The position numbers were made by a program, and so were the translations under genes. The notes below the pieces were generated by a model that ran no database searches, was not told where the DNA came from, and saw nothing but the letters and a program-made list of their open reading frames with translations. A stretch of 64,000 nucleotides of DNA, taken from positions 1,278,705-1,342,704 of the forward strand of contig RDEW01000004.1 of the NCBI GenBank assembly GCA_011109175.1, read 5' to 3'. Each line of letters opens with the position of its first letter. Position 1 is the stretch's first letter. The stretch comes from Dicyema japonicum (lineage: Eukaryota; Animalia; Dicyemida). Positions 1 through 11,519 of this stretch are shown here, in pieces.

Positions 1-125
1 CGCAACGTATTTGTGTAGGTTCAAAGGATCAACACCGAGAAAAGATGAGAGCCTTGATCCAATTCGTCGGGATCATTTAGTTTAGTTTTTTTCGGTTTAA
101 CAGTGGTCTTTGGTATTGTTTTAAA
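1..125 (+). repeat. Unclassified dispersed repeat ('GIT-stop' family), partial copy
   Basis: Frame 3 reads QRICVGSKDQHREKMRALIQFVGII* (stop 78-80), then TTTAGTT. Near-identical to 61980-62095. Confidence 0.75.
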
Positions 126-1099
126 TAATTTTTAATCAAACGCCTTTGTTCCAACTATATAAAGAGGTACATACTAGTTCGTTGGATCATTCAGAAAAGC
201 CATAATGTTTGAAGACTGGAAGGAGTGTAATGAGAGACATCCTTTATAGGGAAACAACTTTTATAGAAAGACATTCATTATTTACCTCTAAAATTGACAA
301 CTAATGAAGTATTTTCAAAACTTAGGCAGCAAAAAACATATTCCCCTATTAGTGAGTCTGGAGATTCAACAAGACTCTATGAGGAAACTAAAATTAGCCA
401 TTTCGAAGACTTCCTTAAAAGCATGAGATGACCTAATTTTTGAATTTTCAGTCACATCCCAAATTATTAATCGATTTTTGAGTATTTGTCTTGATTCTAC
501 AATTTACCACGTGTTTGAATCGTATATTCTTCATTATAGAATAGTTAAGCATGAAAGTAGTGTTAACCAAGAAAACTACGCTTTCAAAGTCATCCAGTCT
601 CACGTGGATCCTTGTTGAATCTAGGTCATGAGTCGATTCGATGGACTAGATTTTGTCAAATTAATGACAAATTTATATTCCAAAGACTTGTCTCATGCGT
701 TCTTGTTAAAGTGTTATTGATGATCTGTCATGTGACTGAAACCACTACAAGTGGGTATCCGCCGCTGATGCAAATCGGCCATTTATGTTTCACGCTTCTC
801 TTTAGTCTATTTCAAAGAGGGAATGACGGGAATTGTAATTTATTATAAATTTTCAACATTCTCAATTTGGTGAGAAGAGATCATATGCTTGAATGGCTAC
901 GATGATAGTCCCATTGATATTCACCCATCACATCTCGTTATTAGCTTATTAAATCATCCCACGAGAATCACCCGGTCGATTTCCTTAGTCCACTCCTTTT
1001 TTGTATTGCTGACGATGAAGCTGTCAGTTTACGTGACATGGCTTTCAATTGTCGGTATTTTATGTTCGATCTCCGGATCAACCGAATCAGTTGTGAAAA

Positions 1100-1800
1100 G
1101 CCTATAAATACTACTTTCCACTCTTAGCAGAGTTGGCCTCGAGATTAATGGAAGTAAATCTGGCGATATACCAAGTATTTAGGGACCCCCCTAGAAGACC
1201 AGGAAGATATTAGGATGAGAAGGACGATTGAAAATGCAACATTGCCAAAACTGAAGAAAACCTGGATTATAAAAAATGTAAACGTGTCGGTCAAGTCTGT
1301 GCTGCTTTTCAACGCGGGAACCTGCTTCTGCTTAGAAATCGACTCAAAAAAGTCTGACTCTCCACTGAGCGCAATTGAGGCAAACCATAATATCGAACAG
1401 AATTGTGTACGAAAGAATAAAGTGTCAGTAAATCTCTATTCAAATCACGGAAACTATATTGAGGCTCTTTAGACAGGTTCCGAAAATGGATAGTGAGGTT
1501 CCAGCTAACGTGACCATAAAGGACTTTTCTGCCTCTGACCCTCCTCGATTCCGTGGACCACCTTCCTCATGATCCTCGACGGAGATCTCCGAAAGATTGA
1601 GAAAAACTTAAGAGAGAGAGGNCTATATTGAGGCTCTTTGGACAGGTTCCGAGAATGGATAGTGAGGTTCCAGCTAATCTACCTCCGACCCTCCTCGATT
1701 CCGTGGACCACCTTCCTCATGATCCTCGACGAAGATCTCCGAAAGATTGAGAAAAACTTAAGAGAGAGAGGATTTATGGACTACGAGAGCTTGGGTATGA
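1100..1800 (+). mobile_element. Decayed RTE-like LINE, 3' part of ORF2
   Basis: ORFs 1215-1472 and 1638-1862 resemble the RTE ORF2 C-terminus (LKKTW...KSVLLFNA; TFLMILDEDLRKI). Contains a duplication around the N at 1622. Confidence 0.55.
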
Positions 1801-2615
1801 CAAGGGCAAGTGCAAGCGTAGGAGATGACTGGTTTCCAGAGTTGCACATGCTTTGTCATTGACAGGGCAAGAGTGCTCAATAATAATGTCAAACTATAAA
1901 ATCAATTATCATTATATTAATAGTCAGACGATCAATAATTCAAACTATCAGACAAATCTTACTTGACACGTGGATATGATTTTTAGCAGTCCTACAGCAG
2001 GATGTTATTTGAAAAAAATCATTTATATAGAAAAATCCAGATCAGTCTTCTCGATTGACTACATCCACACAGATTCGCGTAGTCACTGGTGGAAACAACT
2101 GAAACTATTTGTGGAATATTCTAGAATAATTTAGAAATTTCTAGAATTTTGGTTCACCCAATTCTTAGTGATCTTAAAAGCTGGAAAATAACTACATTCA
2201 CTACTCGCCAACCTGCCCAAAACAATGATCCTAAAGAGGCGATGTTACTTCTCCTCCAGCTTATTGGCTGCTGGCCTCCTACAAGTTAGTGAGGGTAGGG
2301 TTACATAACTAACTTCTCCACCTGTCGTCAGAAGTTTAATGGACTGTTGATTTGGTCGGCATAAACGTTCTCGGGGTTGAATCAAAAACCNNNNNNTGGC
2401 TGCTGGCCTCCTACAAGTTAGTGAGGGTAGGGTTACATAACTAACTTCTCCACCTGTCGTCAGAAGTTTAATAAACTGTTGATTTGGTCGGCATAAACGT
2501 TCTCGGGGTTGAATCAAAATCTATAAAGGACCAAAAACTTAGGGCAGACGCAAAAAAGCACATTACTAATCTAATTTTTTTAAATAACAATTTATTGAAG
2601 AATAAAACCAAATAG

Positions 2616-3238
2616 TTAAAAACTACTGGCTGCTCTCAGGATTGAGAGCGAATTTCCCCTTACGATCTGTAAGGAGATGCGCTCAATGAGCCAGCTCTTC
2701 TCTCTGACATCCCTTCTCCTTTTAGAGACTAACGATCCAATTTTGTTGAGCAGGACTAACGACCTGCTTCCTATGACTCCCGAAGTTTCGACTGCGACTG
2801 GTTCAAATGTGTACTGCTCGCCGAGGCATGTGTACTTCTTAGCTTTAAGTATTTCTGTCTTCTCTGCAGCTGAGCCTGGATTTGTCGCACTCATTGTAAT
2901 ATTGGAAGGGGAGAAGCTATCTACGCAGGTGGCATCCTACGGGAACAGAGTCCCTCCATCTAGACAGGGAATCCGGCAGCTTCTAGTCCCCACGCAATAA
3001 CCTTGTTGATTGCACTATGTCTCAGGCTCCTTCGGCAGGAAAGTGCGTTGAGTCCTTTCACGTAGACTATTCCTCCACATCTACAGCGATGGATTGCGCA
3101 AACATCGACTCCAAGGCAGACGCAAACCCCAATCCTCGTGTTGTCATCGTCCAGAAAAGTTCCGAGTGAAATCCACGGGAATGCTTTGAGCCATGCACCA
3201 AGAGAACAACAAAAAGAAATGAACAGGAAAATAATCAA
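2616..3238 (-). mobile_element. CRE-like non-LTR retroposon 3' fragment (zinc knuckle + restriction-like endonuclease)
   Basis: GAWLKAFP...RIGVCVCLG...HRCRCGG, RHSAINK, FEPVAVETSG and RISLQIVRGNS motifs, with frameshifts. Confidence 0.8.
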
Positions 3239-3260
3239 AGTAAACCAAGAGAGTAAAGAG

Positions 3261-3743
3261 TTAATCTAAAATCCCACATTCTGTAATGATGACGTCCTGA
3301 TTTGGTTTATCACTCCTAGATCTCGGAGTATGCTGAATTTTATTCACAAATTCCATTCCTTCCACGACCTCTCCAAAAACTACATGTTTATTATCCAAAT
3401 GGGGTGTCTGAACCGTGGTTATGAAAAACTGAGATCCGTTAGTGTTTGGGCCAGCGTTTGCCATGGAGAGAAGGCCAGGTTTATCGTGTTTACGAATGAA
3501 GTTCTCATCATTAAACTTTTCTCCGTATATTGACCTTCCTCCAGTTCCGTTAAAGTTCGTGTAATCACCACCCTGAATCATGAAGTTAGGGATAACGCGA
3601 TGAAAGATCGTACCCTTATACTTTCCATCCTTGCACAACATGTAAAAATTTTTAGCAGTCCTCGGGACGACTTCATGATAGAGGTCAAAGACGATCTTTG
3701 CATTTTGAACTCCATTAAAAGAAACCAAGAAATAAGCTTTCAT
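3261..3743 (-). CDS. Cyclophilin-type peptidyl-prolyl cis-trans isomerase, single exon
   Basis: Uninterrupted ORF with [32 protein letters not shown] and [13 protein letters not shown] at 3743; the ORF track extends to a TTG at 3755. Confidence 0.92.
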   Translation of the reverse strand: MKAYFLVSFNGVQNAKIVFDLYHEVVPRTAKNFYMLCKDGKYKGTIFHRVIPNFMIQGGDYTNFNGTGGRSIYGEKFNDENFIRKHDKPGLLSMANAGPNTNGSQFFITTVQTPHLDNKHVVFGEVVEGMEFVNKIQHTPRSRSDKPNQDVIITECGILD

Positions 3744-3808
3744 TGTGAGCAACAAAACCTCGTGTAAGCAATGTATCTTATTTATTAAGGTTAACCACTC
3801 TAAATAAT

Positions 3809-5590
3809 TTATTTTATAAAATAATCATATATAAATAATCTAATAAAGAAAATCAATTGTAATTGATTAACACTAACATGGAAGCTGAATTCTTCTCCTC
3901 TTTGGGCATTGGCCCTTTGTATCACTCTCACTGTTTCCCACAATACCACTAGAGAAAGCGAATCACTATACAAGACAGCTGTTTCTTCTGATTCCTCTTC
4001 GACGTCACCTCCGAATTCAGAGCTTCTTGATATAAGATTATTAGTCACCCTTGTAAGTTCATCATCATAGTTATCAACTTTCAGCCCATGTCTATGCTCG
4101 ATTATCATGCTCTCTAAAGTTTTTTTAATCGTCATTGATTGGATGTACGCCCTTGTAGAGACATCCACGTTGAGTCTTTTCATATAGGACTTGTAGTACT
4201 TTGTTATTACTCCATCCCATGTCAATTCGGAATTATTGTCACCTTAGCCTTGTGGATTTGTGTTAGTTCTCTTACCAGAAAGTCGTATTTGTGAGTTTTT
4301 CCACTTCAACATGTTTTAGTAAATCTTGGGAAGTGATCCCTACTTGTATTAGTATTATTTCGTTCTTGGATTTATCGTGTATGAAAATATCAAGTTTGTT
4401 ATTTTTAACTTGTTTATCCAACTTTTTGGTTCACACTATCAATTGGACTGTATGCATCTTTATCCTTTTGGTTTCTGTTATTCCAAATTGATGACATAGT
4501 TGTAGGTGAATACATCTTACAAATTTGTTATGTCGCCGCATATACGCACCTCTAAGATTCCTGGTACATCATGTAGCCAGGTGATCCACACTTTTTTTGG
4601 TCATACCACATTGACTGAAATTTGCTTTTATTTTCTCAATGAACAGATTCGATCCATTGTCATGCAGTACATTGCTTCCGACATTGGATTATTGTTTCCC
4701 CCAGTATTTCCTCTCAAGGTCGGTCAAAAATTGAAATACATTCACTCTTATCAGAAATTAAGGTTAATCCTCTTCCAAAACTATTCCTTCTGATATGTAA
4801 TCTTTCTTTGTTAGTAGGTTTTAAGTGCACTCGTAAGTTAGAGAGTATACGCTGGATTTCTAAATCAATAGATTCGAATTCACGTGGTTCATTGTCGATA
4901 AGCCCAATATAATAATTATATAGCGAGAGTGCGTATTCATTTATCCCTTTAAACAAGTTTACAGCGTTTAATTTCGAATTCGCCAGCATCTCTATCCTTT
5001 TCTTCACATTTTCACCAATTTTTTCCATAACTTTGTCTTTCATAACCTTACTCCCTTTATATTCTAACACTCCAAGATAGCCATGTCCCTCACAACCATC
5101 CAGATAACTTGTATCTTTGGCACATTTCAGATTAGTTGCAGACTTTTCACAGTTTATTTTTAAAGCCAACAACACCCAGATATTCATCAATATCCACCAT
5201 TATTGTTAGAATAGTATCTTCATATTCGGCAATTATTTACAGGTCGTCAATAAAAAGAAAATGGTTAGTCGCATATGTCACAATAGACGGATCACTCTGA
5301 TCAATACATATCTTCGGGAATTTTATATTTAATATTCGGCTTAGTGGGTCCATTACCAGAGTAAACAGTTGAGGAGAGAGTGAGTCTCCTTGCAAGATTC
5401 CTTTCCCGGGTTTGACCTTCCCAATTCTCTTTTGTTAAGGTTCAAAATAACATTCCATTTGCTTATTAGATTCTTGATAGATTTCACAATCCATTCCGGA
5501 ACTCCAGAGCTGTTAAGAATCCGACACAAAAATTCATGATTGACAGAATCGAAAGCCTTCTTCACATCAATCCATGTTGTGAATAAGAGC
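3809..5590 (-). mobile_element. R4/Dong-like non-LTR retroposon (RT, CCHC, RLE), 5'-truncated and frameshifted
   Basis: WIDVKKAFDSVNH (RT); YLGVLE; VDHLAT..RRHNKFVRCIHL; EVGITSQD; MTWDGVITKY..AYIQS..KKTLES. Confidence 0.8.
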
Positions 5591-5840
5591 CTCCAAAATC
5601 ACGGAAAGATGAACTTCTGGAGAGTTCAGCCACCAATGCCTCTTGAAGCCATGATACAAATGAACCATGGGACGCGCCATCGTGACTACAAGGATCCAGT
5701 CATTCAGTCGATAGGTGCTTGTATTGGGTCGAGGGATGAGCATCGGGCCAAAATGAGGTCCCTGATAGAGCGTGCTGGGATCACGTGATTAGTTAGCTTA
5801 TGTAACCGTGATCTCTGGTGTTATTATTATTGAAGCTGTT
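5588..5840 (+). repeat. 'GIT-stop' repeat family copy
   Basis: PPMPLEAM...ACIGSRDEHRAKMRSLIERAGIT* (stop 5786-5788), then TTAGTTAG. Homologous to 51280-51600. Confidence 0.8.
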
Positions 5841-6169
5841 AATCTACGTTTGTGGGCAGCATAGACATTAATGATATACGTAATCGATTTCTTTTTATTC
5901 AATTGAATGATAGCGATTCTGTAACTCTCCATAGCTTGAGTAGCCTATTCACGATTGATATATGAACTGCGAAGCCCATTTCATAGACGGCTGTCGGACG
6001 GTAGTAGTGTTAGCCAGTATTTTATGTAACATACACCCTGATTTACTTTCATCTTCATATCTTGTAGGCAGGCAATGCTAAGTTTGTTTAGTGTTTGAAG
6101 GGAGTGAGTCCTCAGACGTTGAAGGTTGCAATTGTAAACGGGGTAGAATAGACAGGCGATAAAAACAGA

Positions 6170-6600
6170 AACTATTAGAGAGGTGTCAACTACTCAACCA
6201 ACATGACGAACGTCGAAAGCAGATCTTAGCAGACTTGACAGATACCACAGAAATCAGCTAAGGAAAATAGTAGGCATCTACTGGTCGAAGGACTCTCTAA
6301 GATCTATGTAACTGTTCCCCGATAAGTGAGAAAGTGATAAATCTCGCTGGCGACTTTTTTGGCATATTCTCTGGTGAATAGCTCATTATGGAGGATTTTT
6401 AATCAAAATTCGACTGGGTGCTTTTGTTGAGGGCAGAGAACTACGCTTCCTTTCTTTGCTAATATTGGTGGGAAATAAAACAGCGAACTACCACGATGAA
6501 CTGCAGAGAGGTGGGAGGAAGAAAGTTACATTGAGAAAACTGTTAGAACGGATATTCAAGAGCGCAACTTAACCGGAACCCTAAGTATTCATGTGTCTAT
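6170..6600 (+). mobile_element. Decayed RTE-like LINE fragment
   Basis: Frameshifted LDRYHRNQLRKIVGIYW...LRWRLFGHIL-like motif. Confidence 0.5.
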
Positions 6601-7422
6601 GGGCAAGGCAGGATTGCATTTAACTAACTTGTACTGCTCAATTCATTAATTTAGTGGCGGAAGGATTACGCCTGGAAGTGTCACCTACAAAATCAGTCAT
6701 CAACTGTATTCTAATAGTTCTATCATAAGCGTCCAGTGCTCCGCCAAACACACGGGGGCCACACGCCTCTTGCAAAGTGCCACGTGTTTGACATGCCTGC
6801 AATAAAATACACATAAATATTTCATGTGTATGGAAGTCAGTTACCTCTCTTGTTAATTTAGCACTTAATCAGTGCTTCCAGCTGTTTTTCAAATTTTAAT
6901 ACAAGACAACAAAAATTTATTAAACTCTAACAATCTATCCACGTTTACCTCTCATGACAGTCATCAAGAAAAACTGGAGGAGCTACTGAGTTTCACAGAT
7001 TTCATAGCCTTTTAGTGTAGCCATACGTTCTAGACTATTGTGGGAGATAAAAAATCAATTCTTATCATTCAACTTTTCTCGACAGCACTTGCAAAGAACG
7101 TAGACAGGCCGTAGAGCCATTGTATTACTTCCCCCTACTCCACTTTTCTGTAGAGAATAGTGCCTTGATCGCGCTCTCAGTGATATTATCGAGAAATAGG
7201 ACGTTGATACAGGTGGTGTACCATACTTTCCCATCAACTCGTTATCGGTCTCCTTGGTCATTGACTGAAGGGAGATATTGAACCTTTTCCGTTAAAATAT
7301 CTTTATAAAAACATTGTTTCCTGAATTTTGAAGATAGCCATTATATCTCATATCTACGCTCAAGTCGGTCAACCGCATTTTATCGCCATATAAAATGAAT
7401 TGGGGTTATCATCTATCAAATC

Positions 7423-10400
7423 ATGTTTTTATTCGATTTTAAAAAATCTTATAATATTGCAGTATGCAGCCTCGATGGGAGACAATTAAATTTTAAAATT
7501 AAAGTAGTCAATTCTGACAATTCTAGGCAAAAAGTGTTGGCGGCATACTTTTTAACCTTGTTTGCGAAACGATCAATTTACAGGACACGGATTACTTTGG
7601 TCTCCAATATTTGAATTCCAAGGGATATGTGGTTTCCAAAATCTCTTCATTTAGGTGTGGCTCGATAACGAAAAAACTCTGAAAAAGCAAATTTGTCACC
7701 TAGATCATAAAGTGTTGAACTTTCGACTCAAGTTCTACATTGAAGATCCCACCCATCCAGAAAGTGAATACACGAGGTTTTGGTTTGATTAACAAGATAT
7801 TTATTTGCACTTCAAATTGCGCTCGATTTGGCCGAAGGGTACATCAACGGCACGAATGGGGAGGTTTCTACGATGCTGTCATATATCTTCCAATGTATAG
7901 ACTATTTGTGACCGACAGCTGCTCTGGGGGATTTTAGTTCGAAAATGTACAAATTTTTGAACCTAAAAAATTTCTGGCCTGTGAGGGCTAAAACCGTATT
8001 GGCACGTTGCTTAGAACTTTACGAAAAAAACAAGTTTATTTAAAATCTGGAAATTTTCAGAGGAATGTCGAAATCCGAGGCAGACATCAAGCTTCTAGAT
8101 CTTTCTAGAAAACTGGAAAGCTACGGCAAGAAAGCCTTTTGCTGTGAAGTAAATTTAATCATTTACCTTAGAGCTGCATCACCAAAAAATTACAAGTTTT
8201 TATATGTTCAAACTACAAAGGAATCCACGTGTACGATCGAAGATCTCTTTTGATACGATATCCGTGGGAAACTGTCTTTACAGTGCTCTTTCAGGGAAAA
8301 AAAGTTATTATTAAATACTGCAAACCACCTGAAAACCACGTGTGAGCTGATATTTAACAGAGTAGACCATAGTCCACAAATATTTATTCAGAAATCCTCA
8401 CGAATCGCGGAATTACTGGAAAATCGTGTGGGAACAAATGTCATTTTTCAAAAATATCATCCAACAAAAAAACCGCCGAGTTGGATGGTCAAGTTTTCTG
8501 AAGCGAGGATCACGGTTCCGATACAGCGGGCGGACTATGTCGGGCATGAAGTCTTCGCAACTCACTGAATCTCGGAAATCCCTATCCTTCGAGCGGTATT
8601 CTCTTTTTAGTGATCATTAGGATCCATTTCCTTCAAATTAATGCCGACGAAACAGAGTCACTTTTTGACGAGCGAGTCAATAGAAAAAACAGGTTGCTTT
8701 CGAAACGTAACAGCCAAAGTCTGTCTGTTTTAGATTTCTTAAAACTAAAAAATCTTAACTTTCTGATTAACGAAACCGAGTAACTCTTGATTTCACCTCT
8801 TAGACAAGTCAGCAAGTCCTCACCAGAAACTGTTGGCGATATTATTTACAGATTTGAGAATTATTTCAAAAAAGTTTTATTTTTTGACCAAAAAGGACTC
8901 CCAATTATTTCAAATACTATGCGATCTTTACTGCTCAGAAATAGTTTACTTCAACGACTTAAAAGTAAGTGCTTTAGTAATCCAAGGATTTGAAGAAATG
9001 TGTAGGATTCATACCGGCAAAATTCAACATTTCAGAGTTTGAACACGTGCTCGGTCTCATAACCCTGGTTCACGAAGATTTATTAATTTTATTTGACGAC
9101 AGTCTCCCCCCAAAGTACAATTTCGCACAATCCGGCGTTTTACTGTTCATAAAAATACACAAAACTCTCAAAGTCCCATTGTCTCATACTTTAGCTATAT
9201 TCGTACTATCTGTCCTTCATTAATGACGTCATCAGCACAATAATCGACAGTCTCCTGACTTGTGAAAAGTTCAGAGAAGAAATATCCAATTTTGAACGAA
9301 ATTCATACGTCACCGTGATTCGGCTTACTTTGCGGGCTTTCCAACAACTTTCTCACTACGAATGGAACTTTCGCTGTATAGGTTCGACAAATTTTAGGGT
9401 TTTCCAAGTATTTCGAGTTCAGCGAAAGTTTTTACGACGGTATTTCGAGAAGTGCACTAAGTTTAGATTTTTGTGGAGAAATCCGAGGAGTGGTAGAAAT
9501 TCATGAAAACCAACTAAAATCTTCAGTATTCTACGAAATTTGTTTTAAAGATTGGAGTGATTTGCTCTTTCGAATGCCAGGAATTTATAGCCAACATCAG
9601 TAATTTGCGGACCCACCAATTTGTTAGAATGGGAGTCATAATCGTAAATTCAGCCTTGGAAGTGGTCATTTTGGTTTTGCGTTCATTTTACTTCAGTTTA
9701 CGAATTTCCTTGTCTTCTGTAAGCCAACTGCCCAAGATTTTGAGGCGACGCGGGTGATCCCATTGAGTTCTGAGATGGTAGTGGAATTCACTTTTTTAGA
9801 ACGTCGTGAAATGCGGGGGGAACATTTTTACTATAAAAACCAAAAATGAGCAAATTTCGTGTGAGACCAAGTGAGATGGAATCCTCAGTTTTAGAACCAA
9901 AGACCAGGCAAAACTGTGGATGGAGGACATCAGGAACTCCACTTCAGCCAAATTTGATTTCGACGTGGAATTTTCCGCTTCTCAAAGTTTTAAATTTATT
10001 AATCCAGCAATGCCCAAAATCTCTCCAATTCTTTATATTGAAAACCTGCTGCAGACATGCTGGAGGTACAAAATTTGTTCCTTGTCTGTCCCCGATATTT
10101 TATCGGGATTTAAGGTCCAGAATCGCTTTAAAATCCACAGACCACATACTCTTCATATTTGCTTCAAAACATCGAAAAATCAGACAGCAGATTTTTTACG
10201 ATCCTAAACAATTCATGTCTTTATTTTTTTAGAAGATATGTTTTGAAAAATGTCGCCTATATGCTTATTTTAGCCGAACATTCAAAATTGTGTGAGGAAG
10301 CAATGCGTCCTTGTTTCGCAGACCTCCGTTTCGATAATCCATGAAAATAATTCAACAGAAACAGGGAGAAGATATGTTTTGAAAATTAACTCTGATAGTT

Positions 10401-10499
10401 CAGAGCTGACTTTGTATTGTCACACAATTCATTCACGAGACAGGTTTTTTGGTTTAATTTTTAAGGTGGCTTTCATCGTTGATTTCTGCTTCTTTATAG
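7423..10499 (+). CDS. FARP: FERM, RhoGEF (DH) and PH domain protein (FARP1/2, Cdep-like), many micro-introns
   Basis: Spliced: DTDYFGLQY..|VWLDNEKTLKKQ (FERM-N); YWKIVWEQMSFF; GSRFRYSGRT (FA domain); LYCSEIVYFNDLK (DH); TCWRYK..ILSGF (PH region); DR|WLSSLISASL*. Checked introns are 20-26 nt GT-AG; start codon is tentative. Confidence 0.85.
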
Positions 10500-11329
10500 A
10501 TTGAGTTTTTGTTAAATAACACTAAAGTAGTCTAAACTTAACAATAATGCCAGGATTACGACAAATAATCCTTGATTTTATTTATCATCGTATTTTCGAT
10601 AATATAGATCCTCCTTCAGTCTAAGATTGAGTTGGGGACATAACTTTACTGTCTCTCGATTGACATAACTTCATCCTTGTTCTTATGGAGATGGACGACT
10701 CAAAAAATTGCTTACGGCTCAGACTTGACGTCTGAGAACTTCAAATGTGTCGTAATAAAGGTTGGCTGTCAGGAAAGGGATTCATCTTACTTCCTGGAGA
10801 CGGAGTGCCCTGGAGTTCACCAGATACGACGTCATTAACAAGATTGAGCAACTACCGAATAGTTCGTTTGGTAGAGATAGGAACGAACACTAAGTTACCG
10901 TTCCCAGATTTCTTTAATCAAGTGTGAGACTTTACCCTGGGACATACTCAACACTCATAAAGTTAACGACATTTCGCCTGATATTAACGGAAATAAAGCT
11001 TCCCTAAGATTGGAAGTTCATGGTGACTTGGCATTTATCGCTTCGGTCGACATACGACTTTATAAGACTATATGGACAAAATCTGACAATAGGTTTGGGG
11101 AACCCCCAATGCCTAAACGACCACAAGACAGAACACCTCTTCTTTTGTCCTGATACGCCTTTAATTTCTGCGCTATAACAGATAAATCTGATTGATCTTT
11201 GGAAATGTCCGTTTTTGGTTGTTATTTTCTATTACAGGTTTTCTTCACTTGATTGGAATGGGGGTAAATAAATAAGTGAACCACGTGACCAGTTCTATCT
11301 TTTATGAATAGAGTCTTTGATAAGTTTAT

Positions 11330-11440
11330 TTTTTTTAAAATTTGCAGAGAAAATGACACAAGTGATCGATTCGTAGTGTTTGACATTTCCTAAGGTAACC
11401 ACATCATCAGGTTTACGGGTAACTCCATTGGTGAGGGAGA
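11330..11440 (-). mobile_element. CRE-like RLE small fragment
   Basis: NGVTRKPDDVVTL resembles the (K)RPDG.T endonuclease motif. Confidence 0.4.
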
Positions 11441-11519
11441 TCCGATTGAAAGATGTTAAGCATATCGTAGAATGAATTAAATACAATGAAAACAGGAAAT
11501 CAGAATCAGACAAAAGTAA

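Noticed and set aside
2245-2517. ORF with a repeated peptide; possible CRISPR-like or coding tandem array
   Set aside because: Two ~125-nt copies joined by Ns with no spacers; an assembly overlap.
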